Shown: one piece after another, positions 48,365 through 57,474 of the stretch | Layout: each line of letters starts with the position of its first letter | How positions within the stretch are numbered: the first letter of the stretch is position 1 | NCBI GenBank assembly: GCA_044343805.1 | Contig: JBIJDZ010000002.1 | Coordinates: forward strand, 5,402-69,401 | Direction: 5' to 3' | From: Chthoniobacterales bacterium | Lineage (GTDB): Bacteria; Verrucomicrobiota; Verrucomicrobiia; Chthoniobacterales; JACTMZ01 | Length of the DNA: 64,000 bases | The notes under the pieces: model-generated | What the model was told of the DNA's origin: nothing | The model's database searches: none | Seen by the model: only the letters and a program-made list of their open reading frames with translations | Translations under genes and position numbers: made by a program

Positions 48365-49384
48365 ATGTCTGAAATGACCGACATAGCAACGCTTCGCAAA
48401 AACGCCCAAGCGGGCCGCGTCCGGGCCGTGCTCCCTGTTCTAGTCGAATCCGTCGCCGAGAAATCGTCCAAGGACGGCAAGCCGTTCCTGGAAATCCAGC
48501 TGGTGGATGCACGCGATCGTTTCGTGCTGCGGGTGTGGTCCGACAATGGTCAGTTTGCTGTCGCGCAGGAGTTGGAGGCCGGTGCCTGCCTGCAACTCGA
48601 GGGAGAATTTGCGGTGCATCACCAGTTTGGTCTCGAAGCCAAACGCTGGAGCTTTGGGCCGTTGACCGTCGAGGCCAAAGAAGAGTTTCTCGCGGGGCCG
48701 GCCGATTTGCGGAAGAAGCAGGAAGAGGATTATGCATATATTGCAGCAGAAGTGGAGGGTTTGAAAGACCCGCGCCTCAAAGCGCTCGGTGCGGCGTTTC
48801 TCGAAAAATTCGGCCCGCGTTTTCGCCGGACGGCAGCCGCAAGATTTTTTCACCACGCCCGCCGTGGGGGCTTGGTCGAGCACGTGGCGCAGATGATGCG
48901 GTATGCCGATGCGGTCTGTGCGGCCAATTCCTCGCTGCATCGCGACCTGCTGATTGCCGGCGTCCTTTTTCACGACTGCGGCAAGCTTTGGGAGAACTGT
49001 GTCGAGGAGGGGGGGTTCAGCATGCCCTTCGACGAGCGGGGCGAATTGCTTGGTCACATCAACATCGGCATCGAGTTGGTCAATTCATTGTGGAAAACGC
49101 TGCCTTTGGACGATTGGCAACAGGCCTTGCCGGACAACGAGGACGTGCGCCTGCATTTGCTCCATTTAGTGGCGGCCCATCATGGCGAGCTGGCGTTCGG
49201 TTCGCCCGTGCAGCCCAAAACCCCCGAGGCGATCGCGCTGCATTACATTGACAACCTCGATGCGAAGCTCGAGATGCTGGCCCGCGGATACGAGGGCGGC
49301 GGCACGGTGGCGGAGCGCATCTATGACAAAGTTAAGCCGCTGAACGTCCGTCTGGTCACACCTTTGGCTTTGATGGATGTCTGA
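48365..49384 (+). CDS. OB-fold + HD-domain phosphohydrolase (YhaM-like 3'-5' exoribonuclease family)
   Basis: N-terminal OB-like segment (SKDGKPFLEIQLVDARDRFVLRVW), then an HD domain (HHARRGGLVEHV...LFHDCGK...GHINIG...AAHHG). Confidence 0.7.
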   Translation: MSEMTDIATLRKNAQAGRVRAVLPVLVESVAEKSSKDGKPFLEIQLVDARDRFVLRVWSDNGQFAVAQELEAGACLQLEGEFAVHHQFGLEAKRWSFGPLTVEAKEEFLAGPADLRKKQEEDYAYIAAEVEGLKDPRLKALGAAFLEKFGPRFRRTAAARFFHHARRGGLVEHVAQMMRYADAVCAANSSLHRDLLIAGVLFHDCGKLWENCVEEGGFSMPFDERGELLGHINIGIELVNSLWKTLPLDDWQQALPDNEDVRLHLLHLVAAHHGELAFGSPVQPKTPEAIALHYIDNLDAKLEMLARGYEGGGTVAERIYDKVKPLNVRLVTPLALMDV

Positions 49385-49387
49385 GTC

Positions 49388-50641
49388 ATGAAGGTGCTGT
49401 GTGCGTTGATCGTTTTTTCCGTCGGTCTCGCAACGGCTTTTGCGGGGACCACGACGGAAAAATTCAACGAAGCCCTTGCGCTCGATCTGTTTCCCTCCTC
49501 CGGGGCAATTTGGGAGGAAGATGCCGGTGTCGTGGCGCAAAGGCTCGGTTTACCGCTTGAGTCCAGCACCTCTGCCGATGCGAGTTACCGCCTCTACACC
49601 GATGAAAATTTCCGCGTGCTTGGACGACGCCCTTATTCGATTTCGCTGAACGCACAACAGGGCAAGCCGGTGGGTTTGAGTATCATCTTTGCCAACAAGG
49701 GCGACTCGGTGGGCGACTTGAGCCGAGGTATGCCGGGGCAGCGGCAACCCACAACCACGCAGGTTCTCCGCGATTACCGCAAAGCAATCAGCGAAGACGA
49801 AAAATCTCTCGACGACTTGCTCGGCCAATTGGCCGGCGAGCCCGTGCGGGAAAAAATCGGACAGACCTCCAAGTTGCAGGAAAAAGCGCTGCGCTGGGAT
49901 TGGAACGGCCATGCCATTTTACTCGTCTCGGTGCGCGATGAATACGTGGCGCTGCGGATCGTGCCGCCGGCCGAGTTGGATGAGAAAAAAACCATCGAGA
50001 GGCTCTCTGACAAGGCTCTGCGAGAGAAATTGGCCGCGCGGATTGACCGCCGTCCCAACGGGGATGTGGTGATCCGTGAGATTCCGATGGTGGATCAGGG
50101 GCCGAAGGGGTTCTGCGTGCCGGCCACCATGGAACGCATGCTCCGCTACTTGGGCATCCCTGCCGATATGTACCTACTCGCCATGGCGGCCAATACCCAA
50201 CCTGGTGGAGGAACGTCGGTGCGCGATGTGATTTACGCTGTCGGCGACACGGTCCGGCGACACGGACGACGTATCGAAACGATCAGCGGACGTCCCAATC
50301 CATCGATGGTGGCCCGCTGGATCGATGCCGGGTTACCGGTTTTCTGGGCCCTCAACACTTCGGGTGCCGTAGATGCGCGAATCAATGAGCACACCAAACT
50401 GCGAGGTGCCGTGGAGGATTGGAAAGTTTGGACCGAATCGCTCAGACCCGCGCGTCGCGATGCGACAAAACTTTCCCGGCAAGCCGATGGTGGGCACCTT
50501 TGCCTGATTATCGGATACAACCGCACCACGGACGAAATCGCTTTGTCCGATTCCTGGGGGCCAAGCTATGCCGAGCGGTGGATTACTGCGGATGAGGCCG
50601 AGGCTCTTTCCCAAGGCGCCATGGCTGCGATCACATGGTGA
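49388..50641 (+). CDS. Secreted protein with a C-terminal papain-like (clan CA) cysteine-peptidase-type domain
   Basis: Signal peptide MKVLCALIVFSVGLATAFA. Candidate catalytic residues: Q-x5-C (QGPKGFC), GGHLCLIIGY (His), and SDSWG (compare papain NSWG). Confidence 0.45.
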   Translation: MKVLCALIVFSVGLATAFAGTTTEKFNEALALDLFPSSGAIWEEDAGVVAQRLGLPLESSTSADASYRLYTDENFRVLGRRPYSISLNAQQGKPVGLSIIFANKGDSVGDLSRGMPGQRQPTTTQVLRDYRKAISEDEKSLDDLLGQLAGEPVREKIGQTSKLQEKALRWDWNGHAILLVSVRDEYVALRIVPPAELDEKKTIERLSDKALREKLAARIDRRPNGDVVIREIPMVDQGPKGFCVPATMERMLRYLGIPADMYLLAMAANTQPGGGTSVRDVIYAVGDTVRRHGRRIETISGRPNPSMVARWIDAGLPVFWALNTSGAVDARINEHTKLRGAVEDWKVWTESLRPARRDATKLSRQADGGHLCLIIGYNRTTDEIALSDSWGPSYAERWITADEAEALSQGAMAAITW

Positions 50642-51699
50642 AGAATTTCTTGTCATTGGTGGTAGCGGTGGCGCTCACGGGAGACTGTGTGATTGCGCAA
50701 GCGGAACCGGTCCCCGAACCCAAGATGTCTGCCGCTGTTTTTTTGGAGCAAACAACGATGCGAGGAGGAGAGGTATCATCACCGCGGGTGCGGCGGATGG
50801 TGGACGAATTGGTCATGGCCGCGACAGACAGGCCGGACATCGCCGCGGCTTGGCGCTCGTTGGTTCAACCGCAGGATCGCGTCGGTCTGAAAGTTTCGAC
50901 CTCGGCGGCGCCGGTCGCTTCGACTCATCCGGCGATCGTTGAAGCGGTGGCCGAGGGCTTGGTGGCGGCCGGCGTGCCACCGGATCGTATCGTGATCTGG
51001 GACCGCAAGTGGGATGACATAGGCCGTGCGGGCTACGAAAAACTCGGACGACGTTTCGTGGTGACTTCAACCGATCGTGCGGGTGGCTATAATCAAAAGG
51101 AAGTCGCGACAGCGGCGGTGATGGGAAGGTTGATCCACGGTGATCGCGATTTCGATCCGCGCCATACGCAAGGCGACCAGATGAGCGGCAAAAGCTATTT
51201 GTCGAATGTCCTCGTGACGGGTGTCGACAAAGTCGTGCATCTCCCCGCGCTGACCGACCATTTGTCATCCGGTATGAACGGGGCGCTGTCCGGTATGGTG
51301 CTCGATAACCTCGACAACTGGCGGCGCTTGGCGCGTACTCCGCACTACGGTGATCCTTTTTTGGCCGAGCTTTATGCCGATCCGCGCCTCGGAGGCAAGG
51401 TGGTGCTGACGATCCTTGATGCCTTGCGACCGCAGTATGCTGGTGGACCCTTTCCGGAACCGCAATACGTGGTGAATCACGGTGCGATTTATGCCTCGCG
51501 TGATCCCGTGGCAATCGACGTGCTGGGTGTCGAGTTGCTGGACGGATTTCGCAAAAAGGCCGGCATGCTGTCATTGTCCAAAATGACCGAATGGTTGGCG
51601 TCGGCCGAAGTCCTTGGTCTTGGGATGTCGTCGCGGGAAAAAATTAGGGTTGTTTCGCTCGGGGCCACCCCGGCGGAACCGCCCGTCCCGCAGCCATGA
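50635..51699 (+). CDS. DUF362-domain protein with a signal peptide
   Basis: RVGLKVS...THPAIVEAVAEGLVAAG, VVHLPALTDH..., and ILDALRPQYAGGP...ASRDPVAIDVLG follow the DUF362 pattern. N-terminal signal-like sequence MVKNFLSLVVAVALTGDCVIAQA. Confidence 0.6.
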   Translation: MVKNFLSLVVAVALTGDCVIAQAEPVPEPKMSAAVFLEQTTMRGGEVSSPRVRRMVDELVMAATDRPDIAAAWRSLVQPQDRVGLKVSTSAAPVASTHPAIVEAVAEGLVAAGVPPDRIVIWDRKWDDIGRAGYEKLGRRFVVTSTDRAGGYNQKEVATAAVMGRLIHGDRDFDPRHTQGDQMSGKSYLSNVLVTGVDKVVHLPALTDHLSSGMNGALSGMVLDNLDNWRRLARTPHYGDPFLAELYADPRLGGKVVLTILDALRPQYAGGPFPEPQYVVNHGAIYASRDPVAIDVLGVELLDGFRKKAGMLSLSKMTEWLASAEVLGLGMSSREKIRVVSLGATPAEPPVPQP

Positions 51700-52598
51700 A
51701 CGAGAGAGAAATCCTGCGGCGTACATCGCGTTCATTTTTTCTCTCGCTGGGCTTGCTGCCACGAACGATGCGCGAGGAGGCGTCGCTCGGTTATTTGCTG
51801 GCGCGCGCCACGGATACTTTGGCTGACGCCTCATCCATGGACGCCTCGCGGCGGCTGGAGGCGTTGCGCTCGGTTCGGGATTCCTTGGGACGCGCAGACC
51901 TGACGCTGGACTCCGCCGCTCATGAGACCGCTCTGGTCGGTCACTCGGCCGAGCGCGCATTGCTCGAGGCGTTGCCGCGGCTGTGGCGTGAAATGCAAGG
52001 GCGCAATCCGGCCTCTCGGCAACGTCTCAAGACGCTTCTCGGCCATATAGTGGAAGGTCAGATTTTCGATCTCGAGAGGTTCGGTCCAGGGGCCCCTCCG
52101 CTCAGCTGGAAGGAGCTCGACCGCTACACTTACATGGTGGCAGGTTGCGTGGGAGAGTTTTGGACTGATTTGTGCGCCGAAAAACCACGCGCTTTTTCCT
52201 GCGAATCGCTAGCCGCGATGAGGGAGCGGGGCAAATACTACGGAAAGGGGTTGCAGTTGGTTAACGTGTTGCGCGACCGCCGGGCGGACGAAGCTCTGGG
52301 ACGAACTTACGTTCCGCAAGAGGCTATCGATGCTTGTTTCAACCAGGCCCATGTCTGGCTGGGTGAGGGCGCCAAATACTGCGCGGCATTGAGCAGCGGA
52401 CGGCTGCGCTACGCTTCCTTGCTACCGTGTTTGTTCGGGCTGAGGACATTGTCGCTAGTTGCCGATGAAACTGACAAGGTGCCAAGGCCGGTCAAAATCA
52501 CCCGGGGCGCAGTGCGATATTGGCTGCTAAGAGCGCTGCCGGTTTGGTTTTCGCGTGGCGCGGTGGGGCGGGTGATGCGGGCGGCGTCAACCGACTAA
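51696..52598 (+). CDS. Squalene/phytoene synthase family enzyme (SQS-like head-to-head prenyl transferase)
   Basis: TSRSFFLS, YLLARATDTLAD (first Asp-rich motif), and LQLVNVLRDRRADEALGRTYVP (second motif, QxxNxxRDxxxDxxxGR). Confidence 0.75.
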   Translation: MNEREILRRTSRSFFLSLGLLPRTMREEASLGYLLARATDTLADASSMDASRRLEALRSVRDSLGRADLTLDSAAHETALVGHSAERALLEALPRLWREMQGRNPASRQRLKTLLGHIVEGQIFDLERFGPGAPPLSWKELDRYTYMVAGCVGEFWTDLCAEKPRAFSCESLAAMRERGKYYGKGLQLVNVLRDRRADEALGRTYVPQEAIDACFNQAHVWLGEGAKYCAALSSGRLRYASLLPCLFGLRTLSLVADETDKVPRPVKITRGAVRYWLLRALPVWFSRGAVGRVMRAASTD

Positions 52599-53471
52599 AG
52601 CGATAGCGACAGCGGCAAGAATGAGCGCACTGCCGAGGACGCGAAGTCCCAGCGTGCGTCGATCCAGCACGCTGTCGGCCACGCCGAGGTGCCGCGCAAC
52701 AACCGCCAGCAGCAGCAAGCTCCAGAGTCCGCGCGAGCCATAAACCACGTTGACGCCGGTGGCGTCGCCGAAAATGCTGATGGCCGCGGCCAAACTCATA
52801 GCTTGCACACCCAGCAAAATCACCCCGGCGGCAGTCCAGATCCACGCGCCACTCATGCGCGGATTTCGCGGCCCGTTCAAGATGTGCGGCCAGAGCAGGG
52901 GCAGGGAAAGTGCGGCCACGCCGCCGAACATCACGGGAAGAAATAGCGAAAATCCGACCCTCGGGGCGCCGATTTGGACTAAGACATCCGCGGCGGCGAA
53001 GCAGAGTGCGGCCAACAACGCCCAAGCCAAAGTGGGCAACGGACGCGAAGCGGAATGGCGGGGCCCCTGGTGAAGCAAGACAACACCACCCACGGTCAGG
53101 GCCACGGCAATCCACAAGTGTGCTCCGGGTTTGCTATCCGGCAGCAGCAGGCAGAGTAACGCGACAAACACGACTTTCGAGGCCAAGGCGGGTGTGGCAA
53201 TCGAAACATCCCCGCTTTGCAGGGAGCGGAAGGTCGCGATTTGTCCGGTGAAAAAAAGGCACGATCCCGCCACCGCCATGCCAAAGCCCGCTGTGTCCCA
53301 TGCCTTGCCGGGCCAAAACAGCACTGGCAGAAAAAACAGGCCCATGACCATGTTGCTCCAGAAAAGGATCACCCATGTGGTGACCCCGCGCCCCAGCGCG
53401 ATCTTCAAACAGATGGCAGCTGTCGCATAAATCAGGGCCGACGCAAGAGGCAGCAGGAGATAAGATTGCAA
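52587..53471 (-). CDS. EamA/DMT-family transporter
   Basis: Ten predicted TMs in two EamA-like halves. The start is set at TTG 53471 because the upstream 44 codons of the track ORF are hydrophilic and cover the Pho-box-like repeat. The start remains uncertain. Confidence 0.55.
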   Translation of the reverse strand: MQSYLLLPLASALIYATAAICLKIALGRGVTTWVILFWSNMVMGLFFLPVLFWPGKAWDTAGFGMAVAGSCLFFTGQIATFRSLQSGDVSIATPALASKVVFVALLCLLLPDSKPGAHLWIAVALTVGGVVLLHQGPRHSASRPLPTLAWALLAALCFAAADVLVQIGAPRVGFSLFLPVMFGGVAALSLPLLWPHILNGPRNPRMSGAWIWTAAGVILLGVQAMSLAAAISIFGDATGVNVVYGSRGLWSLLLLAVVARHLGVADSVLDRRTLGLRVLGSALILAAVAIALVG

Positions 53472-53540
53472 AACAGTTAAATGAGGAATCCGGACCTTAT
53501 GGGCGGGTGAATTTGCGGGCAAGGTCGGCCGCCGGGAGTT

Positions 53541-53562
53541 TGTTACATTTTTGTAACATTGG
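53541..53562 (+). promoter_or_regulatory. Pho-box-like tandem repeat upstream of pstC
   Basis: TGTTACATTTT-TGTAACATTGG: two TGTxACA heptamers with 11-bp periodicity and AT-rich spacers, also readable as a 7-bp palindrome. It lies 54 nt upstream of the pstC ATG. Confidence 0.45.
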
Positions 53563-53615
53563 CGTTTGGGACGGAGCTTTGCATCGATTTGATCATCCGC
53601 CAAGATATCGGTCTC

Positions 53616-54560
53616 ATGTTTTCACAGCCGAAAGTCCCCGGTGCAGGTATTTGCTTCCGCTTGGATTTGTTCCAGTGGGTGGCCCGGGCCGCTTCTATCG
53701 GAGCAGTCCTCGTCTTGGCTTGGATCTTCTGGGAAATATTCCAAGAGGCTTGGCCTGCCCTGCAGAAATACGGACTGGGTTTCTTGAGCGGGGCAGATTG
53801 GGTTCCAAATCGCGAGCGGTTTGGAATTTTGCCCTTTTTGGTCGGCACGGTGGCCACTTCGTTGATCGCTTTGCTTTTGGCCTTTCCCCCGGGATTGGCC
53901 ATCGCCATTTTTTTGAGTGAAGACTTTTTGCCTCGTCCGGCCCGGGCGTTTACCCGCTTCGTTGTCGAGTTGTTGGCGGCTATTCCCAGTGTCGTTTACG
54001 GCTTGTGGGGCATTTTCGTGGTTGTGCCTCTGGTGCAATCCTTGGGCACTTGGGTGTCGACCCGCTTCGGTGATGTGCCTTTGCTGGCCGGACCGGCCTA
54101 TGGCAACTCGATGCTGACGGCCGGGATTGTGCTGGCCTTGATGGTCCTGCCGACAATCACAGCCATCTCGCGGAATTCCTTGGTGGCCGTGCCGCGCACT
54201 TTGCGCGAGGGCGCCTATGCGCTCGGGGCCACGCGATGGGAGGCTATTTTCGGCGTAATCTTGCCTACGGCCGCGCCCGGCGTGGTGGCCGCTACGATTC
54301 TCGCTTTGGGCCGGGCTATGGGTGAGACCATGGCGGTGGCCATGCTCATCGGTAACAGTTCCCGCCTCTCGTGGTCGCTTTTTGCGCCCTCGGGGACGTT
54401 GGCCAGTCTGTTGGCCAATCAATTCGGCGAGGCCGAGGGTATGCAGGTCAGCGCATTGATGTATGCCGCACTGGTCTTGGTGGCTTTCACCCTGGCTGTC
54501 AACATGGCCGGGGAGCTGGTGCTGCGTTACACAGAAAGGAGGACGGCGGGTATCCGTTGA
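53616..54560 (+). CDS. pstC: Phosphate ABC transporter permease PstC
   Basis: MetI-type permease with the EAA loop (REGAYALGATRWEAIFGVILP). First gene of pstCAB. Confidence 0.85.
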   Translation: MFSQPKVPGAGICFRLDLFQWVARAASIGAVLVLAWIFWEIFQEAWPALQKYGLGFLSGADWVPNRERFGILPFLVGTVATSLIALLLAFPPGLAIAIFLSEDFLPRPARAFTRFVVELLAAIPSVVYGLWGIFVVVPLVQSLGTWVSTRFGDVPLLAGPAYGNSMLTAGIVLALMVLPTITAISRNSLVAVPRTLREGAYALGATRWEAIFGVILPTAAPGVVAATILALGRAMGETMAVAMLIGNSSRLSWSLFAPSGTLASLLANQFGEAEGMQVSALMYAALVLVAFTLAVNMAGELVLRYTERRTAGIR

Positions 54561-54564
54561 GGTT

Positions 54565-55458
54565 ATGGACAATCCGATCACACATGCGGGCAACTTTTAT
54601 GATGAGGGCTCGATTGAGTCTTCCAGGATTGTCGGTCGTTCCTGGTGCAATCGTGTGCTCACGGCGTTGTGTATCACCCTGACCTGTGTGGCTTTGGTGC
54701 CGCTGGTTTCCCTTCTTTATCTGGTGCTGAAAAACGGTCTGCCGCTCTTGAGTTGGTCGGTTTTCACCGAATTGCCGCCCGCGGCCGGTATGACCGGCGG
54801 CGGCTTCGGCAATGCCGTGGTGGGAACGCTCAAAATGGTGGGGATAGGACTCGCGCTCTCCGCGCCGCCGGCGGTCCTCGCGGCGATTTATATCTGCGAG
54901 TATGCCCCGCAGGGCAGGTTGTCTGGCACGGTGCGCTTCGTGGCCAAATTGCTCACGGGTCTTCCCTCAATCATTTGCGGGGTTTTCGCCTTCGCCGCCG
55001 TGGTGGTGACAACTGGCAAATTCTCTGCTGTGGCCGGCGGGGTGGCCTTGGCAGTTCTCATGTTGCCGACCATTCTTTTGACCGCCGAGCAAGCACTATT
55101 GGGTGTGCAAAAAACCTATCGCGAGGCTTCCTACGGGCTCGGGGCGACGCGTTTTCAAACCATTTTCCGTATTGTGCTGCCCGATGCCATGCCCGCAATC
55201 ATGACCGGGGTGATGCTGGCGGTGGCGCGGGCGGCCGGCGAGACGGCACCGCTGATTTTTACCGCATTATTCAGCCAGTTCTGGGCCTCGTCGTTGATGG
55301 AGCCGACCGCCTCGCTCTCTGTGCTGATCTACAACTTTTCCTCCATGCCGTTCGAGCATCAGATCAGAATGGCTTGGACGGCATCGCTGGTTCTGGTTGT
55401 TTTAGTCACCGTCACCAACGTGACCGCCCAATTGGTCTTCGGCAAAAAGCACTCATGA
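54565..55458 (+). CDS. pstA: Phosphate ABC transporter permease PstA
   Basis: The ATG at 54565 is 4 nt after the pstC stop. EAA loop [22 protein letters not shown]. Confidence 0.85.
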   Translation: MDNPITHAGNFYDEGSIESSRIVGRSWCNRVLTALCITLTCVALVPLVSLLYLVLKNGLPLLSWSVFTELPPAAGMTGGGFGNAVVGTLKMVGIGLALSAPPAVLAAIYICEYAPQGRLSGTVRFVAKLLTGLPSIICGVFAFAAVVVTTGKFSAVAGGVALAVLMLPTILLTAEQALLGVQKTYREASYGLGATRFQTIFRIVLPDAMPAIMTGVMLAVARAAGETAPLIFTALFSQFWASSLMEPTASLSVLIYNFSSMPFEHQIRMAWTASLVLVVLVTVTNVTAQLVFGKKHS

Positions 55459-56300
55459 CAACGACTTTAGAGAATGCCCATCCTGGCAAAACTGACGGTC
55501 AGGTTGCACCAGTCCCCGCCAGCGGCACCTCGGATTTGCCGGGTCAGCCTGACATCATCTCGGTGCGTGGCTTTAATTTTTTCTACGGGCAAAACCAAGC
55601 GCTCTACGAGATCAATATTGATATCCCCGAGCGTCAGGTCACCGGGTTCATCGGGCCCTCTGGGTGTGGGAAAACAACGCTCTTGCGCAATTTCAACCGG
55701 ATGAACGAGCTGATCGACGGGGTGCGGCATACCGGGGATATCCAATTGGCGGGGCGAAGCATCTTTGATCCGTCGGTCGAGGTCATCGCGCTGCGGCGTC
55801 TGGTCGGCATGGTTTTTCAGAAATCGAATCCGTTCGCCAAATCCATCTATGAAAATATCGTCTACGGGCTGCGGATCGCCGGTGTTCGCAACCGGGCCGA
55901 GTTGGATGAAGCTGTTGAACGCAGCCTGCGCGGGGCGGCTCTTTGGGACGAAGTCAAGGATCGCCTGCACCAGAGTGCGCTCGGGCTTTCTGGCGGGCAA
56001 ATGCAGCGCCTTTGCATCGCCCGCGCGATTGCCAACCGTCCAAAAGTGCTCCTCATGGATGAACCTTGTTCGGCGCTCGATCCGATCGCGACCATGCGCA
56101 TCGAGGAGTTGATCGACGAGCTCAAAAAGGAATACACGATCGTTATCGTGACCCATAATATGCAGCAGGCCACCCGCTGCTCCGACTTCACGGCATTTTT
56201 CTACCTCGGGAAGCTGATCGAATTCGATCGTACCAAAAAAATCTTCACCAATCCCCGCGAGAAGCGGACGGAAGACTACATCACCGGCCGCTTCGGTTGA
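55455..56300 (+). CDS. pstB: Phosphate ABC transporter ATP-binding protein PstB
   Basis: ATGA overlap with pst[36 protein letters not shown], and the typical PstB C-terminus YITGRFG. Confidence 0.95.
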   Translation: MTTTLENAHPGKTDGQVAPVPASGTSDLPGQPDIISVRGFNFFYGQNQALYEINIDIPERQVTGFIGPSGCGKTTLLRNFNRMNELIDGVRHTGDIQLAGRSIFDPSVEVIALRRLVGMVFQKSNPFAKSIYENIVYGLRIAGVRNRAELDEAVERSLRGAALWDEVKDRLHQSALGLSGGQMQRLCIARAIANRPKVLLMDEPCSALDPIATMRIEELIDELKKEYTIVIVTHNMQQATRCSDFTAFFYLGKLIEFDRTKKIFTNPREKRTEDYITGRFG

Positions 56301-56358
56301 GGTCAGCTGCGGCCAGCGTGGGGACGAGATTCTGTGCAGCCTGATTTGCCGCCGGCAA

Positions 56359-56393
56359 TGTGACAAAAATGTCACCAAACACATTTTGTCACC
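56359..56393 (+). promoter_or_regulatory. Pho-box-like repeats upstream of pstS
   Basis: TGTGACAAAAA-TGTCACCAAAC-ACATTTTGTCACC: two heptamers at 11-bp spacing plus a third TGTCACC copy. It lies 46-80 nt upstream of the pstS ATG. Confidence 0.5.
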
Positions 56394-56438
56394 AAGTCCG
56401 GTGTCCGCTTTTCTATGCCTTGCTCATCAATTACACGC

Positions 56439-57443
56439 ATGAAAACAGCACTCATCCTAACCATCGGTGCGGCTTTATTGGCCGCCGGTAGCAACGCAAA
56501 CGCCCAGCAACTTTCGGGAGCGGGTGCCACTTTTCCCGCCCCTCTTTATCAGCGATGGGGTGTGGAATATAACAAGCTGCACCCCGGGGTGCGGGTGAAC
56601 TATCAATCCGTCGGCAGTGGTGCCGGAGTGAAAAATTTCATCCAAGGTGTTGTTGATTTCGGGGCTAGCGACGCCGCCATGAGTGACGCCGAGATTGCGA
56701 AATCTCCGCGGGGTGCGGTCATGCTCCCGGTGACCGCGGGCAGTGTGGTCCTTGCCTACAATTTACCGGGTGTCAGCGGACTCAAGCTCAGTCGTGCGGC
56801 CCTTGCTGGCATTTTTCTCGGCACGGTCACCAAATGGAACGATCCGGCGATCGCCGCGTTGAATTCCGGGCTCGAGTTGCCTGATCAGCCGATCAGCGTG
56901 GCTTACCGTTCGGACGGCAGCGGTACGACCTATGTCTTCACGCAGCATTTGGCGGCGATCAGCCCCGAGTTTGATGAAAAAGTCGGCTTTGATAAATCAG
57001 TGACTTTTCCCGTGGGTATCGGAGGCAAGGGCAATGAAGGTGTGACCGCTTTGATCAAGCAGACGCCCGGATCAATCGGCTACATCGAGTTCGGGTATGC
57101 CAAGGAAAACGGGTTGTCCATGGCGGCGGTGGAAAACAAAGCCGGCAAATTTGTCGAACCGACATCGGCGAGCGGAGAAGCGGCTTTGGCTTCCGTCCAA
57201 TTACCGGAAAATCTGCGTGCTTGGCCGGTCGATCCGGAGGCGGCGGAGGCGTATCCCATCACGTCTTTCACGTGGTTGCTGCTTTATCAGACATATGACG
57301 ACAGCAAGAAACTGGGCGCACTCAAAGATTTCGTCAGCTACGCGCTGGGTGAGGGTCAGTCCTTGGCCGAACCGCTCGGCTACATCCCCCTTCCGCAGGT
57401 CGTGATCGACAAGGCAAAAGCAGCGTTGGCGACGATCAAGTGA
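56439..57443 (+). CDS. pstS: Phosphate ABC transporter substrate-binding protein PstS
   Basis: Signal peptide, then LSGAGATFPAPLYQRW, YQSVGSGAG, and SDGSGTTYVFT. Confidence 0.9.
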   Translation: MKTALILTIGAALLAAGSNANAQQLSGAGATFPAPLYQRWGVEYNKLHPGVRVNYQSVGSGAGVKNFIQGVVDFGASDAAMSDAEIAKSPRGAVMLPVTAGSVVLAYNLPGVSGLKLSRAALAGIFLGTVTKWNDPAIAALNSGLELPDQPISVAYRSDGSGTTYVFTQHLAAISPEFDEKVGFDKSVTFPVGIGGKGNEGVTALIKQTPGSIGYIEFGYAKENGLSMAAVENKAGKFVEPTSASGEAALASVQLPENLRAWPVDPEAAEAYPITSFTWLLLYQTYDDSKKLGALKDFVSYALGEGQSLAEPLGYIPLPQVVIDKAKAALATIK

Positions 57444-57474
57444 GGACAACAAGAAAACCAATTTATATCCCGAT

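Noticed and set aside
52587-52598. 12-nt convergent overlap of the SQS-like and EamA gene ends (also a 4-nt overlap of cysH and pdxA at 35779-35782)
   Set aside because: Short convergent overlaps are common in compact genomes. I see no hairpin or other signal suggesting regulation.
53472-53603. Hydrophilic 44-codon N-terminal extension of the EamA transporter ORF
   Set aside because: It covers the Pho-box-like repeat and the divergent promoter region and has no TM character. It is probably non-coding.
54645-55454. The 5' two-thirds of the 551-aa ORF that ends as pstB
   Set aside because: This part overlaps pstA in another frame and is Arg/Gly-rich. A clean ATG at 55455 overlapping the pstA stop gives a normal-length PstB.
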